The notes under the pieces are model-generated. The model was not told where the DNA came from and made no database searches. It worked only from the letters and a program-made list of their open reading frames with translations. A stretch of DNA of 64,000 nt. Source: Candidatus Aenigmatarchaeota archaeon. Its GTDB lineage: Archaea; Aenigmatarchaeota; Aenigmatarchaeia; GW2011-AR5. Where the stretch lies: the NCBI GenBank assembly GCA_016187335.1, contig JACPJW010000001.1, positions 768,001-832,000 on the forward strand, read 5' to 3'. The translations under genes were made by a program, and so were the position numbers. Positions 27,387 to 36,721 of the stretch are shown in pieces; positions within the stretch are counted from its first letter, which is position 1, and each line of letters begins with the position of its first letter.

Positions 27387-28835
27387 CTATCCCTTCTTCC
27401 ACAGCTTCTTCCTCATCTTCGCGAGTTCGTAAGGATACCTGAATGTATATTCAACGGCGTGCTTCAGCCCGTGGGCAGGCTCAACGGCGACGGCGCGCCA
27501 GAACACGTAGCGCACGGGTATGATTTCATGCTCCTTTGTTTTGAGGTCGGATATCATTGTCATGAACACAAGCGACGCAAGGCGCAATAAAAATGATGCA
27601 AAAAATATTATCTGGAGCCCGCTCATGAAAAGCAGCGCCCTGCCTTCCAGGTGAGCCACGATAAAATAGCCGCCGAGAGAGCCTGCGACTGTAGCAAGTC
27701 CCCTGAGAAATGTATGGTTGGCAACATACTGCGGCCTTTTCTCGCTGGGCGTAACGGCCAGCAGGAAATTGAAGGATACAAGGTCAAATCCCGCCCATGC
27801 AAAAGACGAGAAGAAGTTGGCTATGAGTATGTGGCCGGGCGACGAGACGAACAGCCATATGAAAGGCACGAAGCATATCATTATGCCTGTTACAGCTAAA
27901 ATTTTTCTCTCGCCATAGCGGTCGCTGAGCTGCCCCCAATAGGGCTGGAAAATGAGGGTGATTAATGCTTCAAAGGAAACCAGAGCCGCGAACCATAAAT
28001 AAGAAATTTTGAGGTCGCGCAGCATGTAGACGGCAAAAAAAGGCCCCGCAATGCTGACGGCAAGGCTCATTGCTGCAAGGAAGAGTGTGAAAAGGACGAA
28101 GTTCCTGTTTATTCTCAGCGCCGCCGCAAGGTCTTTCAGGCTCAGCGTGTAAGAATGCCTGTAGTGATATACAACCGGCGTCTGCGGTTCGTGCATCTTC
28201 GCAAAAAAGTACACTGAAGCGAGGCCAAGAACGACGGAGACGGCGAATATAAGCGAGAAGCCGTATTCAGACAGCAGGGCTCCGGAAACCAGCGTTGCCG
28301 TCAGCCCCGCAAGGCCGGCAATCATGTTCCTCCTGCCGAAATAATGCCCTCGCATGTCCTGCGGGACAATGTCGCCCATCAGGCTGCTCCATGCCGGCGC
28401 GCGCATGGCGGTGAAGAAGCTTACCGCAAATAGCAGTGAAATGAGCAGATGCACGGGGCTGTTAACATTGACAAAGGGCAGCAGCAGTATGGGTATCCAC
28501 AGAATTCTGGAAATGAGCGTGGAAAACGTCCATATTGTTTTCCTGGAAAAGTACTGCGTGAGCAGCGCTCCCGGTATCTGCGCCAGGGTTTCTCCAAGCG
28601 TTCTCAGCGATGCGATTAACGCTATTTCGCTGCTCGTTGCCTTCAGGGCGAGCGCAAAGGGAGTGACGAAAGAATTGTTGATGCTTGATGCCGCAGAGCT
28701 GAGAGCCCCTTCTATTGTTGAGAAGTGCATGCTCTTCTTTGCACGGTCGTCATAGGGCATCTTTTTTTCGGAAACCCCGCCCTTCACGAGGACTTGCCGC
28801 TCTTTTTCGCCCAGCTTGCGGTTAGCAGGAGGCAT
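27387..28835 (-). CDS. Major facilitator superfamily transporter
   Basis: About 12 TMs, WSSLMGDIVP, motif A WGQLSDRYGERK. Confidence 0.92.
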   Translation of the reverse strand: MPPANRKLGEKERQVLVKGGVSEKKMPYDDRAKKSMHFSTIEGALSSAASSINNSFVTPFALALKATSSEIALIASLRTLGETLAQIPGALLTQYFSRKTIWTFSTLISRILWIPILLLPFVNVNSPVHLLISLLFAVSFFTAMRAPAWSSLMGDIVPQDMRGHYFGRRNMIAGLAGLTATLVSGALLSEYGFSLIFAVSVVLGLASVYFFAKMHEPQTPVVYHYRHSYTLSLKDLAAALRINRNFVLFTLFLAAMSLAVSIAGPFFAVYMLRDLKISYLWFAALVSFEALITLIFQPYWGQLSDRYGERKILAVTGIMICFVPFIWLFVSSPGHILIANFFSSFAWAGFDLVSFNFLLAVTPSEKRPQYVANHTFLRGLATVAGSLGGYFIVAHLEGRALLFMSGLQIIFFASFLLRLASLVFMTMISDLKTKEHEIIPVRYVFWRAVAVEPAHGLKHAVEYTFRYPYELAKMRKKLWKKG

Positions 28836-28917
28836 TCGTATAATTATTGCAGGTCAGATTAAATAATTCGGTTTGCATTAATTCATCCTTTTTAAGCGTT
28901 AAGGGGAAATCAATAAC

Positions 28918-29433
28918 ATGCAACCCAATCTTCTTGTTACATACGAGCCGGCTCACGGCGGCAAGGCGATGCAGGAAGTGAAGCTGTTTCTGGAAGAGGC
29001 AGGCGAAAAAGTAGAATTTCACGACAGCGGCACGGACGGCGTTTTCTTTGTCAGCGTCGGCGATGCAAAGCAAGCCGTAAGGCATCTGGTTGGGCTGTGC
29101 AGCAGCAGTCCTGAAAGGTTCCGGTACACGCAAAGGTGGATTCCTGTCGAGCGCTGGGTTTCGTCGGACATCGACGAAATGTCGTCTGTGATGGTTGAGA
29201 TGAACGACAGGATTGACGACGGAGAAAAGTGGAAGATAGACATTGTCAAGCGGGGATACGACAGGTACGGCACGCCGGAGCTGATAAAAACGCTGACGGA
29301 AAACATAGACAGGCAGCACGTGGACCTGAAAAACCCGGACAAGATAGTAAAGGTGGAAATTTTCGGGGAGAAGGCAGCTGTTGCATTGCTTAACAGCGAC
29401 GAGCTCCTGGAAGTCGCCAAGATGAAAAAATAA
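28918..29433 (+). CDS. Stand-alone THUMP-domain RNA-binding protein
   Basis: RYTQRWIPVE and VDLKNPDKIVKVEI are typical THUMP signatures. Confidence 0.85.
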   Translation: MQPNLLVTYEPAHGGKAMQEVKLFLEEAGEKVEFHDSGTDGVFFVSVGDAKQAVRHLVGLCSSSPERFRYTQRWIPVERWVSSDIDEMSSVMVEMNDRIDDGEKWKIDIVKRGYDRYGTPELIKTLTENIDRQHVDLKNPDKIVKVEIFGEKAAVALLNSDELLEVAKMKK

Positions 29434-29462
29434 GGCGGAGCCGCTTTCAAAGACCGGAGAAT

Positions 29463-30089
29463 CTATTTCTTTACCTTCTTTGTCGTCTTGAAGTGGACTT
29501 TTGCAATGCCCTCCAGCACTTCGGGGCCGTACTTCTCAGTGAGGAATTTCAAGGCCTCGTCAACATGCGCCGCTCCTTTGGGCAGTTTATACCCTACCTG
29601 CAATGAAAGCTTCCTGAGCGACGAGAGGAATTCCGCCCTTGCAAGAATTGATGCTGCAGCGACAGCAGTGTCCCTCTCGCCCCTGACCGTCTGGATTAAT
29701 TTTATTTTCCTGCCCTTTTCAAAAAGCTGTTTTTTCAATAAGCTGTCATCTGCGAACTTGTCCACGATTATTATGTCCGCATTCCCCTTTTCCAGCAAAT
29801 TCTCAATTGCCCGCGCATGCGCCCACGAAAGAATCTTGTTGAGGTTCCTGAATTTTTTGTGCAGAAGGTTGTATTTCTCCGGCGATATCTTGACTACGGA
29901 AAAATTGCACACCTTCTTTATCAGCGCCGCGAGCCTCTTGACTTCATTATCGCTGATCAGCTTGGAGTCCCTTATGCGCAGCTGCTGCAGCTTCTTTTCG
30001 TCAGCAGGACCGGCAGCGACAGCGGCGACGACGAGATACCCGAAATAATCCCCTTTCCCGGATTCGTCGGTGCCGATTTTCATGGTCAT
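29463..30089 (-). CDS. rnhC: Ribonuclease HIII (catalytic domain only)
   Basis: IGTDESGKGDYFG (RNase H3 signature versus DEAGRG of H2), IRDSK, IIVDKFA, VAAASILAR, LPKGA, AKVHFKT. Confidence 0.88.
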   Translation of the reverse strand: MTMKIGTDESGKGDYFGYLVVAAVAAGPADEKKLQQLRIRDSKLISDNEVKRLAALIKKVCNFSVVKISPEKYNLLHKKFRNLNKILSWAHARAIENLLEKGNADIIIVDKFADDSLLKKQLFEKGRKIKLIQTVRGERDTAVAAASILARAEFLSSLRKLSLQVGYKLPKGAAHVDEALKFLTEKYGPEVLEGIAKVHFKTTKKVKK

Positions 30090-30225
30090 TCTGATGCCCC
30101 AGTAGTTTTTTCCTTTTCAAGTTTATAAATAAGGAAAATAATAAAATAGTCAAGCAGAAGGAAAGGTTCTGCTTCATTAGGAATTTGATTCCGAAATTCC
30201 GTTCCAGATTGATAGAGGTCTAGAA

Positions 30226-30507
30226 ATGGTCTGGCTCATTGATTTCATTCTCGGCAGGACATTTGTCTACAGGATAAGGCGCCGCTACGACAAGGCCCGC
30301 GAGCGCGCGGACAGGATAAGGAACAGGATGGACAGGCTGGCAATACTCCGCATTCTGGACCAGGCGGAGCCTCAGCTGGTCATTCTGGAAGAGCAGAGTT
30401 TGTCGAGAAACGACAGGAAAAGAATCTTCGCTTACGTCAAGTCAGGCATTATCAAAGCCGAGAGAATGCTCCAGCAGCTGAAGGAAAGGAAGAAATTACA
30501 GGCGTGA
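30226..30507 (+). CDS. Hypothetical basic helical protein
   Basis: 93 aa, GC3-rich codon usage, GAGG SD. Confidence 0.65.
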   Translation: MVWLIDFILGRTFVYRIRRRYDKARERADRIRNRMDRLAILRILDQAEPQLVILEEQSLSRNDRKRIFAYVKSGIIKAERMLQQLKERKKLQA

Positions 30508-30570
30508 TTGGAAAAAATCACGGCTTTGATGCCAAATTTCCTTTTAAAGATTGAATTTTATTTAACCGTT

Positions 30571-30903
30571 ATGGATTTTGAATTCGGAGACTTGTCCGGA
30601 TTGCGCGGAAGAAGAGTGTCTGGTTTTGTTAGATTTTCATACCTCACTGGTCCAAGTGCAGAATGCCAACATAACTATATATTTTCATTCCAAGACAGGA
30701 TTCCGGAAGCCGATGAACAGCCAAGGTTGTATTCAGGTGCAGATGTCGAAGATATAGAACCTAATAATGTTCTTTTAACATACAAAGATGCACCAAATGA
30801 AAGAATAGTGCTCGCTACCATTGAAATAGATGACAGATGCAGAGACGAAAGTCCTGATAGTGTTTCTCAGATGGAATTATTCAGAATGGACGTTGACCGC
30901 TGA
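30571..30903 (+). CDS. Hypothetical acidic protein
   Basis: ORF from ATG 30571; no motif. Confidence 0.5.
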   Translation: MDFEFGDLSGLRGRRVSGFVRFSYLTGPSAECQHNYIFSFQDRIPEADEQPRLYSGADVEDIEPNNVLLTYKDAPNERIVLATIEIDDRCRDESPDSVSQMELFRMDVDR

Positions 30904-30940
30904 AAACCTTTATAATAAACGAAGTTTATAATTTACAGTG

Positions 30941-31078
30941 ATGAAGCTTTCTATTTCGCGGTGTTCCGAGTGCAGCAAAATACGCCTAGTTGACAGAATC
31001 AAGGAAAGGAACATGGAACGCTACCTGTGCTTTGCCTGCAAGCAGAAGCTGCACAAGACGTCGCGGAGCAGGAAATGA
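30941..31078 (+). CDS. Small zinc-finger microprotein (CxxC...CxxC)
   Basis: MKLSISRCSECSKIRLVDRIKERNMERYLCFACKQKLHKTSRSRK*, 45 aa, TATA-like TTTATAA upstream. Confidence 0.6.
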   Translation: MKLSISRCSECSKIRLVDRIKERNMERYLCFACKQKLHKTSRSRK

Positions 31079-31139
31079 TTCGGATAAATATTTTTGGCTT
31101 CTTAATTAATTCTACAGGAAACCCAGGCAGGTTATTATT

Positions 31140-31991
31140 ATGAGAAGAACAGCGAAAAGAACAGCAGCCTTGGCTGCGGCTGCGATGATCGCGGCTCCTT
31201 TGATTTTCCCTGCAGCTGAATCTGCGGTTAATGCTGATAAGCCGCCGGTTGTTGAGGAAGCAAGCAGCAATTATACGAAATTCCTTAACGCAGGCCCGAA
31301 GGAATTATTAAGCCGGTTCCTTCCGCAGAAAGCCGAAGCTTCCAGCCGCACGAGCCCTTATGTTGTCGTGATGGAATGCAGGCCTGTGACATTTTATACG
31401 CTGAGGATATTCGTGAATTCCTGGGGTTACAGGCACGCCATAGTGAGGGCATGGCTTGATGCGCGTGTAAGACAGGATTGCAGGGTCGTGTCGGTTGTCC
31501 GCGATCCTCCAAGAAGAATTTACGTGCCGGGTGATCGTCCCGGAATTTACGTGCCAGGCGAGCCAGTGCCCGCGCAGCCTTCAGATCTTATCTCTTCCGT
31601 TAGCGATTTGAGGGAAGAAATCGCCCGGTATTATGAAGACCTTGGACTGGGGCTTTTGACAAAGCCGGGAGAAATATGGAAAAGGCCCGGCTACATAATG
31701 TGGAGGCGGGGATTTGAAAAAGATGGGGAATTGGTGACAACTTCTATAGCTTCAACTGCAAATCTCGGCAAAATAATAGTTCTTTATGACATGCTGCCGG
31801 AGGGGTCCGATGTGGAAGCAAGGCGAACAAGGAACTGCAATGCGCTTGAAATATACGTCAACCCCAGGCTTAAAGGAAAAACTGCAAATTATATACAGCT
31901 GCCTTCCCTGGCAATGGAAAGGAGCTCTTTGATAGAAGGGCTCGACAGGGGGCTGAGGGGCGAAACGGACTGCCTGCCGTCATACAGGTAA
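31140..31991 (+). CDS. Secreted hypothetical protein
   Basis: Signal peptide MRRTAKRTAALAAAAMIAAPLIFPAAESA; IYVPG duplicated. Confidence 0.7.
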   Translation: MRRTAKRTAALAAAAMIAAPLIFPAAESAVNADKPPVVEEASSNYTKFLNAGPKELLSRFLPQKAEASSRTSPYVVVMECRPVTFYTLRIFVNSWGYRHAIVRAWLDARVRQDCRVVSVVRDPPRRIYVPGDRPGIYVPGEPVPAQPSDLISSVSDLREEIARYYEDLGLGLLTKPGEIWKRPGYIMWRRGFEKDGELVTTSIASTANLGKIIVLYDMLPEGSDVEARRTRNCNALEIYVNPRLKGKTANYIQLPSLAMERSSLIEGLDRGLRGETDCLPSYR

Positions 31992-32221
31992 TAATCTGAA
32001 AAATGGGTTTATCATATTGAAGGAAAGAATAATTCCTTCCATCACATCTTATTAAAAATGGAAATAATTCCCATTTGATTTTGAGCAAAATTCTCTTTCC
32101 ACTTGGTAAAAATTTCATTTTCGCGGAATTCCGTTCCGCACGCCGAATTTTTTAAATAAGCTTTGCCTTCTATTTTATTTTGTCTGGTTCTTTCCTAAAC
32201 AAAAAATAATGTAGTGATTTT

Positions 32222-33283
32222 ATGGGACTTACCCGAAGGTTTTTGCGAACACTTGCGGCGGCGGGCGCTGCGGCAGTTTTAGTCCCCAGCTTGGCTCCTG
32301 GGTCGGCCAGGGGTCTGTTTCCTCCATCCGAGGCATACGCATCTGAACGACAGGCAGCGTCCAATTTATCGGCTCAATATGAGAATGAACTGCCAAGGCA
32401 GTATCGCGCTTTCTATTTTGGCTCTGCGCCCGTTTTAATCCAGTATGAACATTCGGCATTAAGGCCTTACCCGCTGCCCCGCGCGGTGAATTCCTTTGTC
32501 ACACCCGGAATGCTCGCTTTGCAGCCTTATTCAACTGCAGGCGACGTCATAACGTCAGAAGCGGATGCAATAAAAGCAGGCCGTGAAGTTCTCAGAAAAA
32601 TGGGAGTGAAATTCCGGCCGGGAAGGGGGGTTTTGACATTTGTGCGCGTGGATGACGGGAGGGAAGCTGCCATAAGCTTTGGTTCAAATATGTCCCTCAG
32701 CGAGCTTCAAAGAAGGGCGGATGCTCTTAATATTCTTAACACGCCTCATTATCTGAAAATCGTGCAGCCCGGAATGCCCCGGGGTAATTATGAAAGAGAA
32801 GTGGAAGCGGAGCTTCGTGATTTCCTTGGAATCCCCGCGCCCGCACTTGTTCTTTCAGTGACACCAGCTTCTGCTCCCGCACAAAGCGGCCAGCCAGGCC
32901 AGGTAGTCATTCGCTATGGTTCTGTTTCGGAGCTGAGGCAGACATGTCCGACCGCGGACCGGGGCGCCTTGCCAGTATTCCCCGCATCGCGCCGGATTGG
33001 TGCTAGCGGTCATGCCCCTATGTATGGCATCGGCGTTGCCGGAGAAAAAAAACGTTTCGGGGATTTCAATCCAGACATAATCAAAGACGCACTTGATTAT
33101 TACATGCAATCCGGTCTTCCACTTCAGTTATTTGTACGGCATGGGGATCCCATTCCAACGGACGTTGATGCCACTGGCCGTCCCGTACCATTTGTTGATG
33201 CAACCGGTCGTCCCATACCGATAGTTCCATGGAGCGGGCGGGGGCCATTGAGCATTCCTGTCCCGTACCCCTGCGGGAATTAA
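32222..33283 (+). CDS. Secreted hypothetical protein (twin-Arg-like signal)
   Basis: MGLTRRFLRTLAAAGAAAVLVPSLAPGSARG; C-terminal VDATGRP duplicated. Confidence 0.7.
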   Translation: MGLTRRFLRTLAAAGAAAVLVPSLAPGSARGLFPPSEAYASERQAASNLSAQYENELPRQYRAFYFGSAPVLIQYEHSALRPYPLPRAVNSFVTPGMLALQPYSTAGDVITSEADAIKAGREVLRKMGVKFRPGRGVLTFVRVDDGREAAISFGSNMSLSELQRRADALNILNTPHYLKIVQPGMPRGNYEREVEAELRDFLGIPAPALVLSVTPASAPAQSGQPGQVVIRYGSVSELRQTCPTADRGALPVFPASRRIGASGHAPMYGIGVAGEKKRFGDFNPDIIKDALDYYMQSGLPLQLFVRHGDPIPTDVDATGRPVPFVDATGRPIPIVPWSGRGPLSIPVPYPCGN

Positions 33284-35298
33284 GCAGCAATCCTTGACGT
33301 ATGGTCTTCCTTGTAGATGCGGATGACGTTGTCAACGTACGTGTCTATCTTGGGCTCGTGCGAAACAATGACCACTTGCTTTAGCTTCAGTTCATTCAGC
33401 ACCTCCCTTATCCTGTCCAGCTGCTCGGTGCTGAAGCCGTCCGTGGGCTCGTCCAGAATAAGCAGGTCCTTTGTTTTAATTGAATGTATCATGTCGTTTA
33501 TCACGCGATTCAGCGCAAGCCGGTACGCCAGAGCTACCGATGTTTTTTCGCCCCCCGACAGGTTCCTGTATTCCGTTTCGTAGCCGTTCTGCTCTATTAT
33601 GGGCGTGAACTGCTCGTCTATCCTCACCGCCAGGGCGTCGCTCATCAGCAATGAAAACCATTTCTGGAAGCATCCGTCAAATTCCCTTTGTATTGCCAGC
33701 ATGACGTTCTTTTCCATGGAGTCCATGAGCGCCGTGAAGTGATTCCCCAGCCAGTTCATCATTTCGTTCAGCATTTCTATTTTCTGGAAAGCCTTTTTCT
33801 TTTCCTCTATTTCTTCCCTGATTTTGGCTATCCGGCCTGCCGTTTCCCTGAGTTCTGTCTCCATTGACGCGTGCTTTCTCTGCTCGGTTATATACATGGC
33901 ATTGATTTCATCGAATCTCTTTTCGGCATCCCTGAGTATTTTTTCGTATTTTCCGGATTCGGACGCCCTGCTTTCAAGGCTTCCTATATCCCTCTCCAGG
34001 ATTGCTATTTCTTTGTCACACTCGGCATTTTCCGAGGAAAGCATGCCGCGCCTTTTTTCAATCTCATTTATTTCCTGCTCCAGCGAATACCTTCTCTCTA
34101 TGGCGTATAAGTAGTCTTTAGCGTCCATCTGCTTTTTCCTTAAAGACGCTATTTTTTCTGCCACCGCTTCTTCTTTTTCCGACAGCTCAGCCGCAAGCCG
34201 GGAGTTGAGCTGTATGCTGGCTGCAAAGCTCTCCTTGTCATGAACGGGCTGGCCGCACACCTCGCATATGCCGCGCTCGTGTATCCTTTTCAGGTTTTCT
34301 GCGTGCGCTTGCGCCCTGCTTTTTTCGTAAACAACGCCGCTTTTTTCTTTCTCTCCGCTTTCAATCGCCGCCTTTATCTGGTCGGGATCCATGTCAGGCT
34401 TCCTGACAGCGCTGTATTTTTCCAGGCTGCCTTTTCTTGAAGCGGCCCTTTCTTCCATCTCCTTTATTTCGGCGGCGTTCCTTTCGCGCCTTTTTTTCCT
34501 TGCCGATTTCTCCTTTTCCTTGGTTTCGATGTCTTTCCTGATGGAAGCGAAATTGTCGACGTCTTTCCTCGCCTTTTCTGTTTCATTTCTTTTTATTATT
34601 ATTTCGTTTTCTATTTTTTTCATTATTATCGACTGGTTTTCCAGCTCGGAGGATATTTTTTTCACTTTGTCCTCCTTTTCAAGAAGTTCCTCCTTCCTGA
34701 TTTCCAGGTCTTTTGTGTAGCCCTCCAGCGATTTTTTCTCTTCCCTGGCAGCGGAAAGCAGTAGCGAGACGTTGCTCTTTATCGTCCCGTACTTGTCAAC
34801 GTCAAATATTTTTCTCAGCGTTTCAAGCCTCCCTTCGTTCTCAATTATCTGCTTCATCTCTTCCTGCGGGGTGTAAACGGTGTAGCGGAATATGGGCCTG
34901 TTTTTCCTCAGCATCTCCTGCGGGTATCCGATCAGGTCGAGTATTTTTGCCGTAAGCTCCGTGGGGGTAAGCTCGTTCCTGTAGCCGTTTACGGAAAGAT
35001 AGCCCGGCTCCTGGTTTATTGAGTCTTTCCTTTTTTTCAGCACTCTTTTGACATTTATTTCCCTGCCGTCAGAAAGAAACTCCAGCTCTATCTCGCCCGT
35101 TTCGCAGCCGTGCCTCAGGAGGTCCGGGCCTGTTATCTCGCCCCGCCTTATGCCGAACAGGGCAAAGTCTATCGCTATAAGCAGCGTGCTCTTCCCCGAG
35201 CCTATGTCGCCCGAAAGCAGGGTGGACCCCAGGGGAAAGTCTATCCTGGCATCTGAATAACTCCTTACGTTTTTCAGGCGCAGCGATTTCAGCAGCAT
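33280..35298 (-). CDS. rad50: Rad50/SbcC SMC-like ATPase (short coiled coil)
   Basis: Walker A GDIGSGKS, Zn-hook CEVCGQ, signature LSGGEK, Walker B/D-loop LILDEPT, H-loop VSHE. Confidence 0.93.
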   Translation of the reverse strand: MLLKSLRLKNVRSYSDARIDFPLGSTLLSGDIGSGKSTLLIAIDFALFGIRRGEITGPDLLRHGCETGEIELEFLSDGREINVKRVLKKRKDSINQEPGYLSVNGYRNELTPTELTAKILDLIGYPQEMLRKNRPIFRYTVYTPQEEMKQIIENEGRLETLRKIFDVDKYGTIKSNVSLLLSAAREEKKSLEGYTKDLEIRKEELLEKEDKVKKISSELENQSIIMKKIENEIIIKRNETEKARKDVDNFASIRKDIETKEKEKSARKKRRERNAAEIKEMEERAASRKGSLEKYSAVRKPDMDPDQIKAAIESGEKEKSGVVYEKSRAQAHAENLKRIHERGICEVCGQPVHDKESFAASIQLNSRLAAELSEKEEAVAEKIASLRKKQMDAKDYLYAIERRYSLEQEINEIEKRRGMLSSENAECDKEIAILERDIGSLESRASESGKYEKILRDAEKRFDEINAMYITEQRKHASMETELRETAGRIAKIREEIEEKKKAFQKIEMLNEMMNWLGNHFTALMDSMEKNVMLAIQREFDGCFQKWFSLLMSDALAVRIDEQFTPIIEQNGYETEYRNLSGGEKTSVALAYRLALNRVINDMIHSIKTKDLLILDEPTDGFSTEQLDRIREVLNELKLKQVVIVSHEPKIDTYVDNVIRIYKEDHTSRIAA

Positions 35299-35320
35299 AA
35301 TCAGAACCCCTCATATTATT

Positions 35321-35401
35321 TTTGATGAAACTTTTTCTAAAAGTTTCTTTGATGAAACTTTTTCTAAAAGTTTCTTTGATGAAACTTTTTCTAAAATATT
35401 C
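35321..35401 (+). repeat. Three tandem 27-bp copies of the REP-like unit
   Basis: TTTGATGAAACTTTTTCTAAAAGTTTC x2 exact plus a third copy ending ATATTC that overlaps the mre11 stop; no spacers. Confidence 0.9.
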
Positions 35402-36614
35402 CCAGGATTTTTCTTCCGGCTGACTTTATCCTTTCCTCGTAAGCCCTTGATGATTCGTCTTCCTGCTTTTCCTCCTTCAGGACGCTCATCAGGCTGGTTA
35501 TCAGGTTTTCCGTTTCATTCCTGCCAAGCCAAGAAACCTTCATTTTTTCAGAGTTGGCTGAAACGATTTCCATCTCCATCTCTTCCGTGCTTACGTGCTC
35601 TTTCACCAGGATTTCTCCCAGTTCCTTCGAGGTTATCTTCATGTTTTTCTTTACGGAAAGCGCTCCTTTTCCCGCCGCCATAGCGATCACGGGCTTGAGG
35701 TTTATGTCGCTGGTCTTTCCGTCTATGGTTCCTTCAATTTTCATCAGCAGTATCTTCCCCTCGAGGTTTTCTTTCTCGACGGCTTTTTCCGCTTCTTTCT
35801 GTATTTCCGCCGGCATCTTCCCGTCGGCGTTTATTTTTATGATGCACACGTCGCACAGCTTTGCCGAAACCCGCTTCACGGAAACAGGCCCGGGCGGCGT
35901 ATTGCTTGTGTCAAGGTCCACGATGTAAAAGCCGCTGTCATACCTTTCAAGCTCGTGAAAATCCGCGGGAAAAAGAGGACCCGGGAACGCCACGCGGCTC
36001 TTTTCGTCGTAAGAATGGGCATGAATGTGGCCGGATGCGTAATATTCAAAGCCTTTCGGCAGCAGCGATAGCGGTATTCCCGCGCCGAAATTTTCAGGCA
36101 GGTTTTCGGAAATGCCCGAATGAAAAACAAATATTTTCCTGCCCTTTTCGTTTTCAATTCCTCTGTCAAGGTTCTCAAAATACGAGCGCTCCAGGGCGCC
36201 CCTGCGCCCTACTACCCCGCATAATCTGGCGCCGGTTTTCCTGTCCTCGGTGAACTCAAGGAAGATTTTTCCGCCAGCTTCCCTGATTTTTCCTACGTTT
36301 GCCAGCAGCCCCGCGTCCTCAAGGACGTTGAGCATGCTCTTTCCCGTCGGCGAGAAGTCATGAGAGCCCGCTATGGCGTATACATTGATGCCAGCTTCTT
36401 TCAGCCGCCGCAACTCCAGCGCCGCTTTTCTTATTACGTCTATGGAAGGCAGTGACGTGTCAAAGAAGTCGCCAGCAATGATGACAAAATCCACAGCTTC
36501 TTCGATGCACCTGTCAACGGCTTTTTCCCACGCTTTCAGCGGATATTCCCGCAGGTCCGGGTGGTTGTTCCACGAGCCCAGGTGCACGTCAGAAATGTGG
36601 GCAAATCTTGCCAT
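35391..36614 (-). CDS. mre11: Mre11/SbcD nuclease
   Basis: SDVHLG, AGDFFD, AGSHD, VFH, SGHIH phosphoesterase motifs; upstream of rad50. Confidence 0.93.
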   Translation of the reverse strand: MARFAHISDVHLGSWNNHPDLREYPLKAWEKAVDRCIEEAVDFVIIAGDFFDTSLPSIDVIRKAALELRRLKEAGINVYAIAGSHDFSPTGKSMLNVLEDAGLLANVGKIREAGGKIFLEFTEDRKTGARLCGVVGRRGALERSYFENLDRGIENEKGRKIFVFHSGISENLPENFGAGIPLSLLPKGFEYYASGHIHAHSYDEKSRVAFPGPLFPADFHELERYDSGFYIVDLDTSNTPPGPVSVKRVSAKLCDVCIIKINADGKMPAEIQKEAEKAVEKENLEGKILLMKIEGTIDGKTSDINLKPVIAMAAGKGALSVKKNMKITSKELGEILVKEHVSTEEMEMEIVSANSEKMKVSWLGRNETENLITSLMSVLKEEKQEDESSRAYEERIKSAGRKILGIF

Positions 36615-36641
36615 GTCATAAAAGAAGCAGCCAAAACTTAA

Positions 36642-36669
36642 ATCTGCAAAGAGCGAAGCTCTTTGCGAT
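36642..36669. repeat. GCGAAGC-loop palindrome module
   Basis: ATCTGCAAAGAGC-GAA-GCTCTTTGCGAT; matches the reverse complement of 52221-52248 at 26/28 nt. Confidence 0.75.
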
Positions 36670-36721
36670 GACAGAAGATTTTCGAGCTTGAATGTTCAGG
36701 TTTCAGCTTTAATTTTCGCAA

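Noticed and set aside
30195-32137. Shared 11-mer AATTCCGTTCC upstream of two orphan genes
   Set aside because: An 11-nt match is expected many times by chance in 64 kb
30226-33283. Possible provirus or integrated element in the orphan-rich stretch
   Set aside because: No integrase, capsid, terminase/ATPase or att/tRNA site visible
35321-35401. Possible CRISPR array (three ~27-bp palindromic direct repeats)
   Set aside because: The repeats are contiguous with no spacers, belong to the dispersed REP-like family, and have no cas1/cas2 nearby
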